A DNA stretch of 64,000 bases from Zancudomyces culisetae HAW-14-8 (Eukaryota; Fungi; Kickxellomycota): NCBI GenBank assembly GCA_052426225.1, contig JBNJNM010000006.1, forward strand, positions 2,108,001-2,172,000. The letters are read 5' to 3'. Below the pieces are notes generated by a model, which saw only the letters and a list, made by a program, of their open reading frames with translations, had not been told where the DNA came from and made no database searches. The translations under genes were made by a program, and so were the position numbers. Shown in pieces: positions 62,801-64,000 of this stretch (positions within the stretch are counted from its first letter, which is position 1; every line of letters begins with the position of its first letter).

Positions 62801-64000
62801 AAAATGGCGCGGTAGTGTATATGGTTGCTGAGCCAGTCACTTGGCAAATAACTCCGCTTAATACAGGAAATAGACGAGCACCACATATTAAAAATATTAG
62901 TGACTTTGTTTCGGTGTATGTATACATTGTAGACCTCGAATACCCGGTTAAAGCGTATACTAATGATGACTATTTGAATCCGACATATTTTAAAGTACAA
63001 CCCTTCGAAGAAGCTGAACAAAATGACGAATTAACGCAACTGCTAGTGTTTTGTAGAAACCCTTTACCACCGGATGTTTTGATACCTTTGTACATCAACA
63101 TGATTTCCACTCCAATCTTTTACAAGTTTGATCCGCTTCCTGTGAACCAGATCCAAGCGGGCACAGGCGGAGCTTTGTTTGAACAAGAGTCTTGTTATTT
63201 AGATAACAAAGTGACGCTATCCCGCATGGAGTGGGAGACATCAGTGATATTTACAAGTGCCATATTTTCACTCCTCTTTTCTACTGAGATGCGATACTCG
63301 CCAAGTTCGGCAAGCTATTCATTTGGATATCCCACGAAAGAGTTTATGCAAAAAACAAATCGTATATTCAAAAGTAGAATGATGAACGTGTTTGCAGCCG
63401 CATGTACAAAACCAGACACATGTGTATCTACACACAAAGAATTCTTACAAAAAACTACAAAAATGCCTTTCTTTACCAACAAAGATATTGACTGGATGTT
63501 GATGATCAGAATCAATGAAAAACCAATGAAACTTTCCGACTACCCAGTCGAACAATGGGAAGAGCTGGCTGAAAAATATGCAGTTATATCGGAGACAGAC
63601 GGATATTCAATCCACAAACTTCAGGCTGTGCTGCATGACGTCACTGTCACAAGCTCCGTTTTAGATATTGCAAAGGCGGCAGAGAAAGTAGCAGATGGTA
63701 ACCGGTATGATAAGTCAGCGAATGCCAGTCCCGATATGTCTGTAGACACCTCTGCTGATCCACAAGTGGAAAGAGTATCGTATTACAATGGTGAGTTTAT
63801 CCGGGGAATCAAAAAGCTGATAAAAAGCATTGGTCCAAATGCCCGAGAAATCCGCTTACTAGATCACCTGAACCACCGGCAACTACTGTACAGAGACCTT
63901 GAATATTATCTTCTTGCAAATACACCGCTAGTGTATGCACCCACTATAAACGTTTCATTAGATTACTTTCGCAGTGCAGCGTTTATAGATGATATGAAAT
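59806..64000 (+). CDS. Dicer-like protein, 3' partial (DExD helicase, helicase C, DUF283); absent from the ORF track because no stop lies in the window
   Basis: PREYQ, LETGAGKTLIA, FDECHH, GMTASP, LLVATSVAEEGLDI, FVQARGRAR, then DUF283-like AQLTLNSASATLIQYIQSLPRDDY. RNase III domains are not reached. Confidence 0.88.
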   Translation, partial: MDIRERNYFNPGRFTNYSHEKSADKVAVADEEYVDAAMDIDESQQGFYEAENEVNDANDAEFSLTNPREYQKKLFDETRGKSAIVVLETGAGKTLIACMLIKYMKQLEVENSRIEQVRNSDLNRNVRKGKIFAYLCNTTVLVEQQGPNIKRETCLSVRIYTGGGNHVGYKKKEWEASWASADVHVMTGQILLNCLRSGYIRISDLGLLVFDECHHSRKSSPYSLIMREFYDLAEENDRPRVYGMTASPANSNEAIMDSIQRIEQSLRADIYGTDLSQSLDFCKKNLKYLILDYTVDSKDYSHWVGHTVFEIIRDIKGFKFIQNSALYTIHELGEHLGNMFIVSLCDYWLKSMRIKRDLEYELGTGFGRNPYNTLKGTLVYSEVIELDEPDTEFDDSYIKYTEAIKLVENTEIWRKMLLANSINEQMNYEMQARAKELGIDIDIDISSHANTTFTNNGDIHDDCDGSAGHKYKWSEIKKDLSPKVNKLLEYLIKYRVEVDGKAIGMTQNGEILGGIVFVNRRTTAMLLAHLIKSIADFDFIACDSFIGISADIKRDDLRAIKSFGDRNRKFSQNNQNQVLEKFRSGEINLLVATSVAEEGLDITRCNVVVRFDPAHTLTSFVQARGRARHVDAEYVLMVSRENFIVDVYGDGLGYTEDAQGNIVVSAKRKIDKPSHATRAHYDKLISMEETLKQWCTTPIDEHRRLLDSTHTKNLVVGSLSVQVNSSGVPEASQDLLDGEMQYESDFELDASIRDRLREVAISINHFSKDNNSCKGIYYKIEETEAQLTLNSASATLIQYIQSLPRDDYIKPIPNYTLEQDSRLGHRTVVSLPSNAAVRMIAGPWTTLGQKLSKRLAQFYSVIVLYYYGALNDYLGCIEVKKAPETQVTSGSILENAFEELLNILNGEYVFNSFNPPKLLGCTTSSNENVSDAGTNIGNSNNGSLVCAEEESLNSSTHDNDSCSTKLNSNGDASINNKENDNCEKNGATTRNAKPKFKYENGAVVYMVAEPVTWQITPLNTGNRRAPHIKNISDFVSVYVYIVDLEYPVKAYTNDDYLNPTYFKVQPFEEAEQNDELTQLLVFCRNPLPPDVLIPLYINMISTPIFYKFDPLPVNQIQAGTGGALFEQESCYLDNKVTLSRMEWETSVIFTSAIFSLLFSTEMRYSPSSASYSFGYPTKEFMQKTNRIFKSRMMNVFAAACTKPDTCVSTHKEFLQKTTKMPFFTNKDIDWMLMIRINEKPMKLSDYPVEQWEELAEKYAVISETDGYSIHKLQAVLHDVTVTSSVLDIAKAAEKVADGNRYDKSANASPDMSVDTSADPQVERVSYYNGEFIRGIKKLIKSIGPNAREIRLLDHLNHRQLLYRDLEYYLLANTPLVYAPTINVSLDYFRSAAFIDDMK

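Noticed and set aside
43853-64000. Functional linkage of Dicer to the adjacent TE pile
   Set aside because: They are separated by five unrelated genes, and proximity alone is not evidence.

Overview
AT-rich eukaryotic DNA with GT-AG introns. It is probably from an early-diverging fungus; a Zoopagomycota/Harpellales-like origin is my inference and is not shown by the sequence. The left ~43.8 kb is a transposon pile. It holds Ty3/Gypsy LTR retrotransposons of several families: A (chromovirus 3' end), B with C nested in it, D, G, and E1/E2 flanking the chromovirus F. It also holds several solo LTRs, decayed pol relics and a DD34E Tc1 element. The pile ends 9 bp upstream of a tRNA-Gly(TCC) gene. 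The right ~20 kb holds host genes: a p24-alpha cargo receptor, SPB1, mitochondrial EF-Tu, a secreted Gly/Tyr-repeat protein, a PLK4-like kinase and a Dicer that runs off the window and is missing from the ORF track. Four observations stand out. (1) Element F carries an antisense, tRNA-headed, pseudoknot-capable ~260-nt Pol III-type unit in its 3' UTR. (2) LTRs of different families abut end-to-end 0-3 bp apart in two trains, one of which ends at the tRNA gene, suggesting repeated site-specific integration. (3) F has a Tf1-type 11-nt self-priming signal. (4) F joins halves of two different elements at nearly the same RT codon with no target-site duplication (TSD). Coordinates were counted by hand, and relic boundaries are approximate.
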